From Mobula birostris (lineage: Eukaryota), in NCBI RefSeq assembly GCF_030028105.1, contig NC_092370.1, positions 175,718,647 to 175,782,646 on the forward strand: a DNA stretch of 64,000 nt, given 5' to 3'. Position 1 is the first letter of the stretch. Each line of letters begins with the position of its first letter. The position numbers were made by a program, and so were the translations under genes. Shown here in pieces: positions 1 to 12,990 of the stretch. The notes below the pieces were generated by a model, which had not been told where the DNA came from, did no database searches, and saw only the letters and a list, made by a program, of their open reading frames with translations.

Positions 1-256
1 TGATTGGAGAGGTTAAAGGAAGAGAGGGCAGTGCATTACTGGCCAAAGTTCTGGGTTTCCTTTGGCGACAGACAGGACCAGTGGTTCCCCATACCACTGT
101 TAGGCTTTGCCCTGGGTTCAAGCCAAAGAGCCTGAGTTCCTTACCTACACCCTGACGAAACAAACCTCCAGCACCGAGGGAGACTGGCAAGACTTGGTGG
201 CGGGCCAACTCTGATACTGGAAGGAGTCAAAGGTGAAGATGGGACATCTGGTAAGA

Positions 257-1463
257 CAGGGGTCCCCAACCTTTTTTGCGCTGCGGACCGGCTTAAGATT
301 GCCAATATTCTTGTGGACCGACCGGCCGACTGGGGGGGGGGAGCACGGGTAGGGTTGCCAACGGACAAGAGTAGTGGTTGCCCCGAGAAAGACTACAATG
401 ACCATGAAGCCTTGCGCAGTACGCATGCATGACCTGCGCATGTGTGTACCTGCCGATATCATTCTCTGCAAACTGTTTTTGGTGATTCTGTTCGGGGGTG
501 GGGGGGGGGGTGTTAATCACAACTGGAATATTGGTAATAAGTGGCTAATACACTCAATTTCGTTTCTGAAAGGGTTTATCTAACGAATTTAATATTAAAC
601 ACAGTGCTTATTTTCCTCGCATGAGTATAGTGATAAGTCAATCATCGGGGAGGACGGGGAGCTTGAAGTATGTGTTGAAGGAACTTCCAGTAGAAGTAGT
701 AGAGGCAGGTTCGATATTATCATTTAAAGTTAAATTGGATGAGTATATGGGCAGGAAAGGAATGGAGGGTTATGGGCTGAGTGCAGGTCGGTGAGACTAG
801 GTGAGAGTAGCTTTCGGCACGGACTAGAAGGGCCGAGATCGCCTATTTCCGTGCCGTAATTGTTATATGGTTATATAAGTCACTTATAATAGCATCATAA
901 CATTTTAAGTAACGTTTGGATATTAAACATACAGCGCATAGTTTCCTCGTATGAACGTATAAAATCATTGCAACGCACCAATATCGCTGAATCAGTGGGA
1001 GCCCTGGGCTGAATACTTGTTTCCCAGCAACAAGACGGTCCTATTGAGGGGTGATGGGAGACAGCGATACTCTAAGGGAGTTCCCGATTTCCAGTCTATT
1101 CCACAATTTAGTTTTTGTTACATTCATCGCAGAGATATGTTGGAAATGAAAGCACTGTTTTCAGTGCTTCCGTAAGCTATCTCAGGATATTCAGCCTTGA
1201 CTTTGATCCAGAATGCCGGCAGAGATGTTATGTCAAACATACTTTTCAGCCCACCGTCATTTGCAAGCTGGAGGAGTTGATCTCCTTCCCGCGCTGACAT
1301 GGATGACGCGTGGGTAATGACCTCGCGTGCGTAATGGCTCAACACAAGGCGTGACAGGGAATGAGGAAAGGTGCAGCCGATTCATATCGCTAAATCATAT
1401 CGTTTCGCCGTGGCCCAGTAGCGCATGCTTTGTGGTCCGCGACCCGGTGGTTGGGGACCGCTG
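257..1463 (-). mobile_element. Non-autonomous hAT (Charlie-like) DNA transposon
   Basis: TIRs CAGGGGTCCCCAACC / GGTTGGGGACCGCTG; exact 8-bp TSD TGGTAAGA (249-256, 1464-1471); minus-strand remnant ...SLPAFWIKVKAEYPEIA resembling the hAT C-terminal dimerisation region. Confidence 0.92.
680..878 (+). mobile_element. CR1 LINE 3' end fragment nested in the hAT element
   Basis: Closely matches the reverse complement of the CR1 3' end at ~8195-8400 (GAGGCAGGTTCGAT...GTAATTGTTATA). Confidence 0.85.
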
Positions 1464-1471
1464 TGGTAAGA

Positions 1472-1813
1472 CACTCTTTTAATACTGACTGAACCCAAGA
1501 CGTTGTACCACATCTCCGGGCAATTTCAGGCCATGAAGTCGGTCGCACCAACTGCAGCCCCCCCCCCACCCGTCAGATCACCGTGAAAGAAGGACAGACT
1601 CTCCCATCCCCTCCACGATACCCCCTCAAGCCCGAGGCAACATTTTATGAGGATGGGAGCTCTTTTGTGGATCCAGCAGGAAAACAATATTCTGGCTATG
1701 CAATATGTGATGACAGTGAAGTAACTGAGCAAGTCTCCTTTGCAGCAGCTGTCTCCGCCCAGAAAGCTGAGCTACTTGCTCTGACTCCTGCCTGTATCCT
1801 AGCAACAGACTAA
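1472..1813 (+). mobile_element. Endogenous retrovirus pol relic (RNase H domain)
   Basis: ORF 1583-1813 has FYEDGSSF...YSGYAI...SAQKAELLALT, matching retroviral RNase H motifs (YTDGSS; SAQxAELxAL). Confidence 0.75.
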
Positions 1814-2289
1814 AGTGCAGTCTAACAGTGTACTCAGTTCTGATTTTGAAGAATCCACCACAGAACCATTTCTTTGTAGAAGTCAGAGGCCCACATTTGC
1901 TTCCCTAGCCAACTGGGAAAACAAGTGGAAATAGTCATCCTTCAGACCTAAATGACTGCCTAAGCAGTAATACTTATTTCATAGATTAAAGAAAAGAAAT
2001 TATACCTATTTGATTAAAGAAATTATACCTATTTTATTAAATTTATGAAGCTATGCAAGACTTAACTAATTTACTTTTGTGGTATGTTAAAAAGGTTAAA
2101 AACATAGCAATGATTTCCTTACTGAAGCAAAACACAGGTACTGAAAAGATTTTGCAACTTAAATTCACAAATATGTAATTAACAATGAAATGTTTATTAA
2201 ACATTACTTTGTAATATTTGGAAGACTACTGTACAAGATGATTAAGAACATTTAAATAGTGAAGACAGTAGCAAAAATATATAGCTTAC

Positions 2290-2356
2290 CATGTTCAATT
2301 GCATTTACACGTCTATTAGTGATTTTAATAGCTTCATCCAATGTCACAAATGAAGT
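2290..2356 (-). CDS. ATP6V1D: ATP6V1D coding exon 7 (gene continues beyond the left edge)
   Basis: atttag|TSFVTLDEAIKITNRRVNAIEH(V)|gtaagc; 67 nt; C-terminal exons not found in window. Confidence 0.97.
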
Positions 2357-2621
2357 CTAAATGAAAAGAGTACAAGTTTAATCTGCTAATAGCTGCAAAC
2401 ATAGGGGAAAATCAGTTTATCTAGCCAAATATACAGTGTATCTTTGATGCAGGAACCTAGCTCAAGTCAAATTTTCCATGTTTATAACCATCAACAGGAT
2501 TTTGGTACACTTGTGGTGCACTAAGTAATGTGTACTTTTGCTAATTTAATGTTACGTACCACAAACATTCTAAATTTAAAAAACAAGATTAGATCTATTC
2601 TTGCTTTACACAACCTCATAC

Positions 2622-2725
2622 CTGCAATGATGCCAGTTCAACCAGAAGTTCCACAGCTTTGGCATAATTCCTCTTCAATTTAGCCAGTTGTTCTCCACCT
2701 CTGGCCAAGCCAGTCAATTCATAAC
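2622..2725 (-). CDS. ATP6V1D: ATP6V1D coding exon 6
   Basis: tttaag|(S)YELTGLARGGEQLAKLKRNYAKAVELLVELASLQ|gtatga; 104 nt. Confidence 0.97.
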
Positions 2726-3399
2726 CTTAAAAATTTAAAAAAAAAATTCCAGGATAACATCAGCTTAATTTATTGTAACTAAACTTCTGGACAGCTAATG
2801 CATCTCCAACTGTACAACTATAGTATTTTATAACCATAATTTTGTTATACGAAACATTCAGGCTCCATTTTAATTTCTCAAAGATTGATTTTTTTTTTCC
2901 CAGCAACTACTTTGCCGTGGATTATTTATGATGTGTTCATCCACCTCTTCATTCTCCACCTTAGAGTCAGTTGTTTTCAATCACTATCTTGCTTGATTTC
3001 TTTCTGTAATGTTTCTTTTTCCACAGTCTGGCTTGCTGGTCTTTTATCTATTACACAAATGCTTTACCAGTCTTAGTTACACCAATGTTCAGGGAGCAGA
3101 AAAGATATAAATATGAACTAGGTTAAAGATGGAACAGCTTGATCAGGAACCACACAAGAAAGGGATGCTCATCAGTTGTCATGGGATGCTCATCAGAATT
3201 CAACGGTGAGTGAAGGAGACTTTATTATGCTTTGACAATTCAAATCCTGCCTTAATACTTACTGAGAGTCTCTCTGCCTCCACCATCCCTTCAAGCAGTG
3301 TTCTGAATTTCAATATCGCTCTGGGTGTGGAAAAAATTCTCAGCCTCTTCAACTCAAACCAAGCCATCTAGCTTTTCTTTGGATTGCAGCACAACTTTC

Positions 3400-4323
3400 C
3401 ATTTAATTCCTATGTCATGATGTAGGAGCTAATCATACCTTCCACGCTTACCACAGAACATTAATCACAAGCTACTACCAATCCAACCTTTGAGACCATT
3501 TTTCCATGACGGACCTTGTTAAAGACTCATTTGAAGTCCATTCATCCATAAATACACTCTTTTTTTCCCCCCAAAGGAACAATTTTTAGAGAAAATTACC
3601 CTCCCAATAAAACAATGCCGATAATCTTTGATTCCCCCTCCCAGTATATACAAAGCCTGTCCCTCAATTTATCACCCCCTTAGCCCAATAACTTACTAAC
3701 CAGACTCATTGACCTGTAATTTTTGTTTTTCCCCCTGAACAATTTTGAATAAAGATATCAAATTTGTTGCCCTCCAGGCATTTAGCACTTCACCCAAGGC
3801 CAAGTATTTAAATATAGCAGGGCCCTGGCATTTTCTTCCCTTGGATAACAATAACTGCCTTGGAACTCTATCCACTTTTACTGGAATTTCACCTTCCACC
3901 CAACTCAAATTCTCCCACCTCAACAACCTCATTTATGAAAACATGATCTGCCTTCTGGTTCCACAGACTGCTTGCCCCCACGATTCCTCATGGCTCATAC
4001 TTTTCTCCCCCCTCTGGCTATCCCTTTGCTCTTAATACAAAATACTTTTGAGACTTAATCTTGTCTGCCAATGATATTTGTAACCTGTTTAGCCACACTA
4101 GTTCTCAAGAACCCCAGAATACTTCTGACACTCCTGACAGGCTTTCCTCCTTTGTCTTCTATACCTAGCATTTGGTGTTTTTTTTAAATCAATCCTCAAA
4201 CTCTTGCCATTCAGGGTTTCTTGGACTTCCTACCTCTGCCTTTCATCCTTGCAGGAATATATTGGTCCTGACTTCTCTTTAATTTTCAAATGACTCCCAC
4301 TGTCCTGTATGGACTTCACCTAG
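3400..4323 (-). mobile_element. Highly degenerate CR1 ORF2 fragments
   Basis: Recognisable decayed RT motifs on the minus strand (e.g. GACCTTGTTAAAGAC resembles the reverse of the KAFDKV region); continues ~5060-5950. Confidence 0.5.
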
Positions 4324-5058
4324 TGTTAAGGATTGTTAAGAATGAGTCACCTATAAGCAGGAGTTATAGATTACCAATCAGCAAAATAAATGAGGACCAA
4401 TCTTCAAATTATTTCAAATCTAACCATTAGAAGCAGCAATTCAGTTGATATTACAAGATAATTACATCAAGGAATGCACTGAAGACAGTACGCTACCAAC
4501 TTGGGAGGTTTCTTAAGAGATTCGGTTTGGAAACATGACCATGAGACATTCTCAAGTAAACTGGCCAAACGTGCAGACAACAGGGTTATTTTAATCATTA
4601 TTGGGCCAGAGACCAAAGTGGTATCAGTCTGGCTTTTACCATTTGGCATATTAGCATGGGAATAGGCATGGATTGTTTATGTACCTGATAATCACTCAGT
4701 ATGGTGTGAAATCTGTATGTAGATTTTCTTGTGTTCAGAAGGTTTTAGGCCATCCCCATGGATCATTTTTGAGACAAAAACGTTTGATAATCTTGTCACT
4801 AAACATGTGTTCCCAATGTAAATAATTCTATGTGGAACTATTTGTGTACACCCAAAAGATTTAAGTAAATTGTGCAATTGTAACAATAGAAATTGTGTTC
4901 GATCAGCCACTGTAACCTTTGTTCTTAAAGGGTGTATAAACTCAATCAACATTGAGTTCAAGGGGATCTGCTACTACTGTTTGCTTGTGGTGCTGAATAA
5001 AGATCTGATGTTGCAGCTACAATTCTAATCTCTGTGCAGTTCATCGAAAGTCACAACA
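4324..5058 (+). mobile_element. Candidate solo LTR
   Basis: TGTT...AACA termini; TATAAA ~4935 then AATAAA ~4996; flanks ACCTAG / ACCTAC. Confidence 0.45.
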
Positions 5059-5112
5059 ACCTACTTCCAGCTTTCACCCAATTAAGTATTTTACTGTCCA
5101 GACAGACCTTAT

Positions 5113-5198
5113 CCTACCTTGAGATTTGCAAAATGATGGTCACTAATTCCACGAACCTACCTTGAGATTTGCAAAATGATGGTCACTAATTCCACGAA
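5113..5198 (+). repeat. Perfect 43-bp tandem duplication
   Basis: CCTACCTTGAGATTTGCAAAATGATGGTCACTAATTCCACGAA x2. Confidence 0.95.
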
Positions 5199-6264
5199 CT
5201 AACTAACACAGACTCAATGGGCTGAAATGGCCTGCTTCTATGGCTTAATATGCAAATTCCAAAATGCTCTCCTATTCACATTAATACTCGCCCAGCTGCA
5301 TGTTGTAAGATTAGGCACAGTACTGCCTCTTCTCTACTAGAATTATCTACATGTTCTCTCAAATGGCTTTCAGGGATGCTGCATTCAGAATTCTATCCCT
5401 TTCACATAAAGGCAATCTCAATCAATATTGGAAACAAAATGCCTTCTAAAAGCCTATTATCGTTACACCTTTGATTTGCCCACACATCTGCACCCACTTC
5501 CTGCTTGACTGTTAGGATGTCTCTCAGATAACCCCCAAAAAATCACTTTTTATTTCCACCTCTATCCCCTTACTCAAAGGTTCTTCTAGAATCTCATCCC
5601 ACATTACTGCAGAAATGGTCTCTAATCAACAATGCCATCCCACATTATATCCTCACTGTCATACCTGAAGATGTTTAACCCTGGAGTGGTAGGTTGCCAG
5701 TACTAGCTTTCTTTTGCCTGTTATAGCAATAATATCATATTCCATGTTCTAATCAACAGTCAGTTCATCTGCATTGCAAGTCAGACTGCACTGTACATTG
5801 CATCCTGCCCTATGATACCCATATCTACTCTCCCTACTGCAACAACTTTGCTTCCTTTTTAATATTTGACTGTACTCTATTTGTACCCTATACTTTTGTC
5901 AATTTAGTTTAAATCCTTCCTCTTAGGATTAGCAAACCTCCCAAGGATGTGTGATCCACTTGCAGGTACATTACATGGGTATATTAAAAGCAGAGGTTGA
6001 TAGGTTCTTGATTAGTAAGGGTGTCAAAGGATCTGGGTAGAAAGCTGGAGAATGCGGTTGAGAGGGATAATAAATCAGGCAATACAGAATGGTAGAGCAG
6101 ACTCTGGGCTGAAAGGCCTAATTCTCCCATGTCTTATGTCTTAACCTTATTTTCAATTCAGCATCATCTTTTATCAACCATCGGATTATGCCTTTCTCAT
6201 GAATTCCCCTTTTTGACTGGGATAAACTTGCAGAACATCACAGAGCAGCAGTTTGAGTATTTCC

Positions 6265-6612
6265 ATAGAACCAGGCCCTATCGCCCTGCTGGTATCCCAG
6301 TTGGCTGCATTCGGCTCCTAACCCTCCAAGAGCTTCCCCTCCATGTACCTATCCAAATGCCTTTTAAATGTTGTACTGGTACCTACCATGACCACTTGCT
6401 CAGGCAGCTCACTCCAGGTACTCATTACCCTTTGTAAAGAAGTTGCTCTCAGGTCTCTTTAATCTCTCCCCTCTTATCCTGCATCTGTGCCCTCTAGTTT
6501 TGGACTCCCCACCCCTGGGGAAAAGATCATGACTGCTCACCTTACCCATTTACTTCATGATTTTATAAACTTCAGTGAGGTCACTCCTCATTCTCCCACG
6601 CTCCAAGGAATA
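6265..6612 (-). mobile_element. CR1 3' fragment
   Basis: Similar to the other CR1 3' ends in the window (GAGGTCACTCCTCATTCTCC; CATAGAA tail). Confidence 0.7.
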
Positions 6613-6619
6613 GAGATCC

Positions 6620-7550
6620 GGCAGAATCAGTCAGGTTTATTATCACCGGCATGTGTCACGAAATTTGTTAACTTAACAGTAGTTCAATGCAATACATGAT
6701 CATAAAAAGACAAAACAAATATACCTGTATATATTCTACACTCCTCCCATCTGGTAGGCGCTACAGGAGCCTCCGCTCCCGCACCAGCAGGCACAGGAAG
6801 AGCTTCTTCCTTGAGGCTGTGATCCTGCTGAACCTCATATGCACCCATATTGTACTGTCTCAGTACTTTTATATTTGTGTGCTGTAGCACTTAACTTTTA
6901 TTCGCAGATATTTTGTAAATAACACTATTCTTTGCATTTCTGGTTAGATGCTAACTGCATTTCATTGGCTCTGTATCTGTACTCAGCACAATGACAATAA
7001 AGTTGTATCTAATCTAATCTAATATTAAATAGATCTAAATTCGTGCAAAAGCAGAAAGAATATATATTAAAAAGTGAGGTAGTGTTCATGGGCTCAATGT
7101 CCATTTATGAATCATATGGCAGAGGGGAAGAAGCTGGTTCTGAATGTGAGTGTGTGCCTTCAGTCTTCTGTACCTCCTTCCTGATGGTAACAATAAGAGG
7201 GCATGCCCTGGGTGATGGGGGTCCTTAATAATGGATGTCACCTTTCAGGCACTGCTCCTTGAAGATGTCTTGGATGCTATGGAGGCTAGTACCCAAGATG
7301 GAGCTGACTAATTCTACAACTATCTGTAGCTACTTTCAGTACTGTGCAGTAGCACCCACCACCCCCATATCAGACAGTGATGCAGCCAGTCAGAATGCTC
7401 TCCATAGTACATCTACAGAAGTTATTGAGTGTTTCAGGTGACAAATCAAATCTCTTCAAACTCCTAATGAAATATAGCCGCTGTCATCTTCTTTATATCT
7501 GCATTGGTATGTTGGGACCAGGATCGATCTTCAGAGATCTTGACACCCAA
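6620..7550. mobile_element. Rex1/Babar-like LINE 3' part (minus) with a nested plus-strand Rex-like 3' fragment (~6735-7022)
   Basis: Nested piece encodes LLPSGRRYRSLRSRTSRHRKSFF and ends AATAAA + (AATCT)n; host sequence resumes after it. Confidence 0.65.
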
Positions 7551-8190
7551 GGTATGAGTCCACCATAATGCACTTAAAGGCTGCAAATACTTCCTTCCTC
7601 ATACTTACATTTCTCAAGACTTCACTGTTTATTACCCTCATTTCTCTGGCATCTATGATATTCTCCTTCATAAATAGAGGAGAAAAAGACATTAAAAATC
7701 TCGGCCATCTCCTGTGGCTCCACGCATAAGCACCCATGATGGTCTTTAAGAGGACCTAATCTCTCCCCTAGTCACTCTATTACTGTTAATATAACTGAAA
7801 ACCTCTGGTGATTATCTTTAGCCCTGCCTGCCAAATCCACCTTATACCATCTTATTGCCCTCCTGTTTTCCCTCTTAATTTTTTTATATTCATTAAGGAT
7901 TCATAGCTACCTAAAAGCAATGTATGTTTCCTTCTCATTCTACACCAGAACGAACCACTCTCTCTCACCAGCTGGGTCTCATGAACTTGCTAAAAGGAAC
8001 ATGCTGCCCCTGCAATATTGTTATGACCCCTGCAAAAGCCTCCCACTTGCCAACCACTCCTTTCCCTTCAACTAGTCACCCAGTTGATCTAGATTCTGCC
8101 TAACGCCCCTTTCCTACGGTTTCGGACCTCGTGCTTAATGGTACTGTTCTATGGCATAAAAAAAAATTTGGGAACCTCTACTCTAGACTT

Positions 8191-10348
8191 TAACCTTATA
8201 ACAATTACAGCACAGAAACAGGCCATCTCGGCCCTTCTAGTCCATGCCGAACGCTTACTCTCACCTAGTCCGACCGACCTGCACTCGGCCCATAACCCTC
8301 CATTCCTTTCCTGTCCATACAGCTATCCAATTTAACTTTAAATGACAACATCGAACCTGCCTCAACCACTTCTGCTGGAAGCTTGTTCCACACAGCTACC
8401 ACTGAGTAAAGAAGTTCCCCCTCATGTTACCCCTAAACTTTTGCCTTTTAACTCTCAACTCATGTCCTCTTGTTTGAATTTCCCCTACTCTCAATGGAAA
8501 AAGCCTATCCATGTCACCTCTGTCTATCCCCCTGAACATTCTACGAAAAAGACCCAACTTGTTCAACCTTTCTCTGTAACTTAGGAAATGAAATCCAGGT
8601 AACATTCTAGTAAATCTTCTCTGTACTCTCTCTATTTTATTGACATCTTTCCTATAATTCGGTGACCAGAACTGTACACAATACTCCAAATTTGGCCTTA
8701 CCAATGCCTTGTACAATTTCAACATTACATCCCAACTCCTATACTCAATACTCTTATTTATAAAGGCCAGCATACCCGAAGCTTTCTTCACCACCCTGTC
8801 CACATGAGATTCCACCTTCAGGTAACTATGCACCATTATTCCTAGATCCCTCTGTTCTACTGCGTTCTTCAATGCCCTACCATTTACCATGTATGTCCTA
8901 TTTTGATTAGTCCTACCAAAATGTAGCACCTCACATTTATCAGCATTAAACTCCATCTGCCATCTTTCAGCCCACTCTTCTAACTGGCCTAAATCTCTCT
9001 GCAAGCTTTGAAACCCTACTTCATTATCCACACCACCACCTATCTTAGTATCAACTGCATACTTACTAATCCAATTTACCACCCCATTCTCCAAATCATT
9101 AATATATATGACAAACAACATTGGACCCAGTACAGATCCCTGAGGCACACCGCTACACACCGGCCTCCAATCTGACACACAGTTATCCACCACTACTCTC
9201 TGACGTCTCCCATCCAGCCACTGCTGAATCCATTTTACTACTTCAATATTAATACCTAACAATTGAATCTTCCTAAATAACCTTTCATGTGGAACCTTGT
9301 CAAAGGCCTTACTGAAGTCCATGTAGACAACATCCACCGCTTTACCCTCATCAACTTTCCTAGTATCCTTTCCAAACAATTCAGTAAGATTTGTCAAACA
9401 TGACCTTCCACGCACAAATCCTTGTTGACTGTTCCTAATCAAACCCTGTCTATCCAGATAATTATATATACCATCTTTAAGAATAATTTCCATCAATTTA
9501 CCCACCACTGACGTCAAACTCACAGGCTGATAATTACTAGATTTACTCTTAGAACCCTTTTTAAAAAATTGAACAACATGAGCAATACGCCAATCCTCCG
9601 GTACCATCCCCGTTTCTAATGACATTTGAAATATTTCTGTCAGAGCCCCTGCTATTTCCACACTAACTTCCCTCAAGGTCCCAGGGAATATCCTGTCAGG
9701 ACCCAGAGACTTATCCACTTTTATATTCCTTAAAAGCACCAGTACTTCCTCTTCTTTAATCATCATAGTTTCTATATCTACCTTACTTGTTTCCCTTACC
9801 TTACACAATTCAATATCCTTCTTCTTCGTGAATACCGAAGAAAAAAAATTGTTCAACATCTCCCCCATCTCTTTTGGCTCCGCACATAGCCATCCACTCT
9901 GATTCTCTAAGGGACCAATTTTATCCCTCACTATCCTTTTACTATTAATATAACTGTAGAAACCCTTTGGATTTATTTTCACTTTACTTGCCAAAGCAAC
10001 CTCATATCTTCTTTCAGCTTTTCTAATTTCTTAAGATTCTTTTTACATTCTTTATATTCCTTGAGCACCTCATTTACTCCAAGCTGCCTATATTTATTGA
10101 AGATCTCTCTCTTTTTCCAAACCAAGTTTCCAATATCCCTTGAAAACCATGGCTCTCTCAAACTTTTAAGCTTTCCTTTCAACCTAACAGGAACATAAAG
10201 ATCGTGTACCCTCAAAATTTCACCTTTAAATGACCTCTACTTCTCTATTACATCCTCCCCATAAAACAAATTGTCCCAATCCACTCCTTCTGAATCCTTT
10301 CACATCTCCTCAAAGTTAGCCTTCCTCCAATCAAAAGTCTCAACCCGT
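8191..10348 (-). mobile_element. 5'-truncated CR1 LINE with 532-aa RT ORF, catalytically dead
   Basis: ORF 8396-9994: VYMDFSKAFDKV, GVPQGSVLGP; catalytic FADD mutated to YAVD; inserted into older CR1 debris (~7550-8130, ~10350-10500). Confidence 0.95.
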
Positions 10349-10562
10349 GAGGTTAAAACTCAAAATTTAACCTGTGGACCTGCTCTATCTTTTTCCACAA
10401 CTATTTTAAAACCAATAGAATTGTGGTCAGTGGCCCCAAAGTACCACCCCCCCTCCCCCCAACAGCTCATATACTGACCTGTCTTAGTTTATCTACCAAG
10501 TCCAACTTCAACATCTCCCTCAGTTATAACTGTCGTTATTTAAATTGAAGAATCTGGTTAGA

Positions 10563-12440
10563 AGACCATAGCCCTTAAGACATAGGAGCATAACTAGGCC
10601 ATTCACCCCATCAAGTCTACTCCACCATTCCATTATAGTTGATTTATTATCTCTCTCAACTGTATTATCTTGCCTCCTCCCTGTAACCGTTGACATCTTA
10701 ACTAATCAAGAACCTATCAGCCTCCACTTTAAATATACCCAATGACTTAGCCTCTGCAGCCATCTGTGACAATGAATTCCACAGATTCACTAAGCTCTGG
10801 CTAAAGAAGTTCCTTCTCATCTCTGTCCTAAATACAAGCTCCTCAATTCTGAGGCTGTGCCCTCTGGTCTAGGCTCCCCACTATAGGAACATTCTCTCTA
10901 CATCCACTCTATCTAGGTCTTTCAATATTTGAAATGTTTCAATAAGATCACCCCTCATTCTTCTGAACACCATCGAGAACAGTCCCAAAGCCATCAATGA
11001 CTCCTGATACATTAACCCTTTCATTCCCAGGATCATTCTCATAAACCACCTCTGGACCCTCTCCAATGCCAGCACATCCTTTGTTAGATAAGGGGCCCAA
11101 AACTGCTCACAATGTTCTAAATGAAGTCTGACCAATGTCTTCTAAAACCTCAGCATTACATCCTTGCTTTTATATTCTAGTCCTCTCAAAATGAATGGTA
11201 ACATTGCATTTGTCTTCCTCACCACTGACTCAACTTGCAAGTTAACTTTAAGGAAATGAATCCTGCACAAGAGCTCCCTTCGCACCTCTAATTCCTGAAT
11301 TTTCAGAATCAGTTGCTTCATCCTACCTTTAGAAAACTCCTTCTTTGTGTTGTATCTATCTTACACCTTCCAAATTGTTCCCAGAATCTCCAGCCATTGC
11401 TGTTCTGCCATCATCCCTGCTAGTGTCCCCTTCCAATCAGCCTTTCCAGCTCCTCTTTCAAGCCTCTGTAGTTGCCTTTACTCCACTGTAATACTGATAC
11501 AACTGATTTTAGCTTCTCCCTTTCAAACTGCAGGGTAAATTCTATCATTTTATGATCACTGCCCCCCAAGGGCTTCTTTAGCTTCTGAATCATATCAGTT
11601 CATTACATAACATCCAATCCAGAGGTGCCTTCCCCCTAGTGGGCTTAACCACAAGCTGCTCTAAAAAGCCATCTTGTACCCATTCTACAAATTTCTTGTC
11701 TTGGGACCTAGCACCAGCCTGATTTTCCCCAGTCTACCCGCATACTGAAATCCCTCATGACTATTGTACTATTGCCCTTTTGACATACCATTTCTATCTC
11801 CCATTGTTATTTGTAGCCCTCATCCTAGCTACTGTTTGGAGGCCGGCATGTAACTACCTTCAGGGTCTTTTTACCCTTGCAGTTTCTTAACTCTAGTCAC
11901 GAGGATTCTTCATCTTCCAATCCCAGGTCACCTCTAAAGCTTTGATTTCATTTCAATTTTGTTTAAACCACCAGTCACCACACCCCCTCTGCCGATGAAC
12001 TATTGCATTTAGAACTCTTTCATTTGAGTTTACCACCCCCAAGGGGATCTGTAGGTGATCTTAGAGTTATTAATTCTTCCTCATTACACATGACCAAATC
12101 TAGAAAACCTGTTCCAGGTATGCTCTATAATGTCCTACTCTGAAAAGCAATCCCTAAAGCACTCCACAATTACTCCCCTGTGACACCCTACCAGTTTGGT
12201 TTTCCCAATATGTAGATTAAAACGTCCCATATTAATTGGAGTTTTCTTCAAACACACCCCTGATATTTCCCCATTAATACTTTGACCTACTGAAGGGTCA
12301 TAATTTGGGAGTCTATAGACTACTCCCACCTGCGTCTTCCTTTCCCTGTAGATGACTTCAATCCAAATTGATTCCACATCACTATTGACTCCCTTTATAC
12401 TGCAATTCAGTACTGTTCTGTTACTTTCTCTGATTGACAA
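10563..12440 (-). mobile_element. Cluster of degenerate CR1 fragments (3' end and endonuclease pieces)
   Basis: VRLHLEHCEQFWAPYLTKDVLALERVQR (10881-11135); VESIWIEV...VGVVYRLPN (12135-12440). Confidence 0.8.
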
Positions 12441-12609
12441 AACCAGTTTTGAAATTTTGTTAATGATCTTTTATAACTTTTAATAAAATATTTAGCACAA
12501 TTCAACATTTTTTAATGCATTTTTCCTTACATATTCTGCCCTGGCTATTGCGCTAGTTTCTTTCCCCACTCCCCCCAAATGATTTCTGTCCTGTGGGTGA
12601 CACCACTAG

Positions 12610-12990
12610 TAGATCTATAGGAGATGCTGCCTCAAAAAGGGCAACATCCATCAAAGATCCTCACCATCCAGACCACGCCATCCTTCTGCAGCTACCAACA
12701 GACAAGACGTACAGAAGCCTGAAGTTCCACACCACCAGTCTCAGGGACAGCAACTTTCCTTCACTGAGTTATTGACCCAGCCAACAAAATCCTAATCACT
12801 GCAGTTTAGCATCATGATGAGCACTTTGGTCACTTTGCACTAAAATGGACTTCAATCGATTCTAAATGTGTACTTTTGTAAAATTGTGCATACTTTATGC
12901 TTAGTTTTTCTAATGAATGCAGCTTATATAGTGCTGTTATAAGTTTTTCATGGCACTTGTGCATATGACTAAAGTTGACTTTGATTTGGA
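12610..12990 (+). mobile_element. Rex1/Babar-like 3' fragment
   Basis: SIKDPHHPDHAILLQLPTDKTYRSLKFHTTSLRDSNFP resembles the Rex1/Babar C-terminus. Confidence 0.7.
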
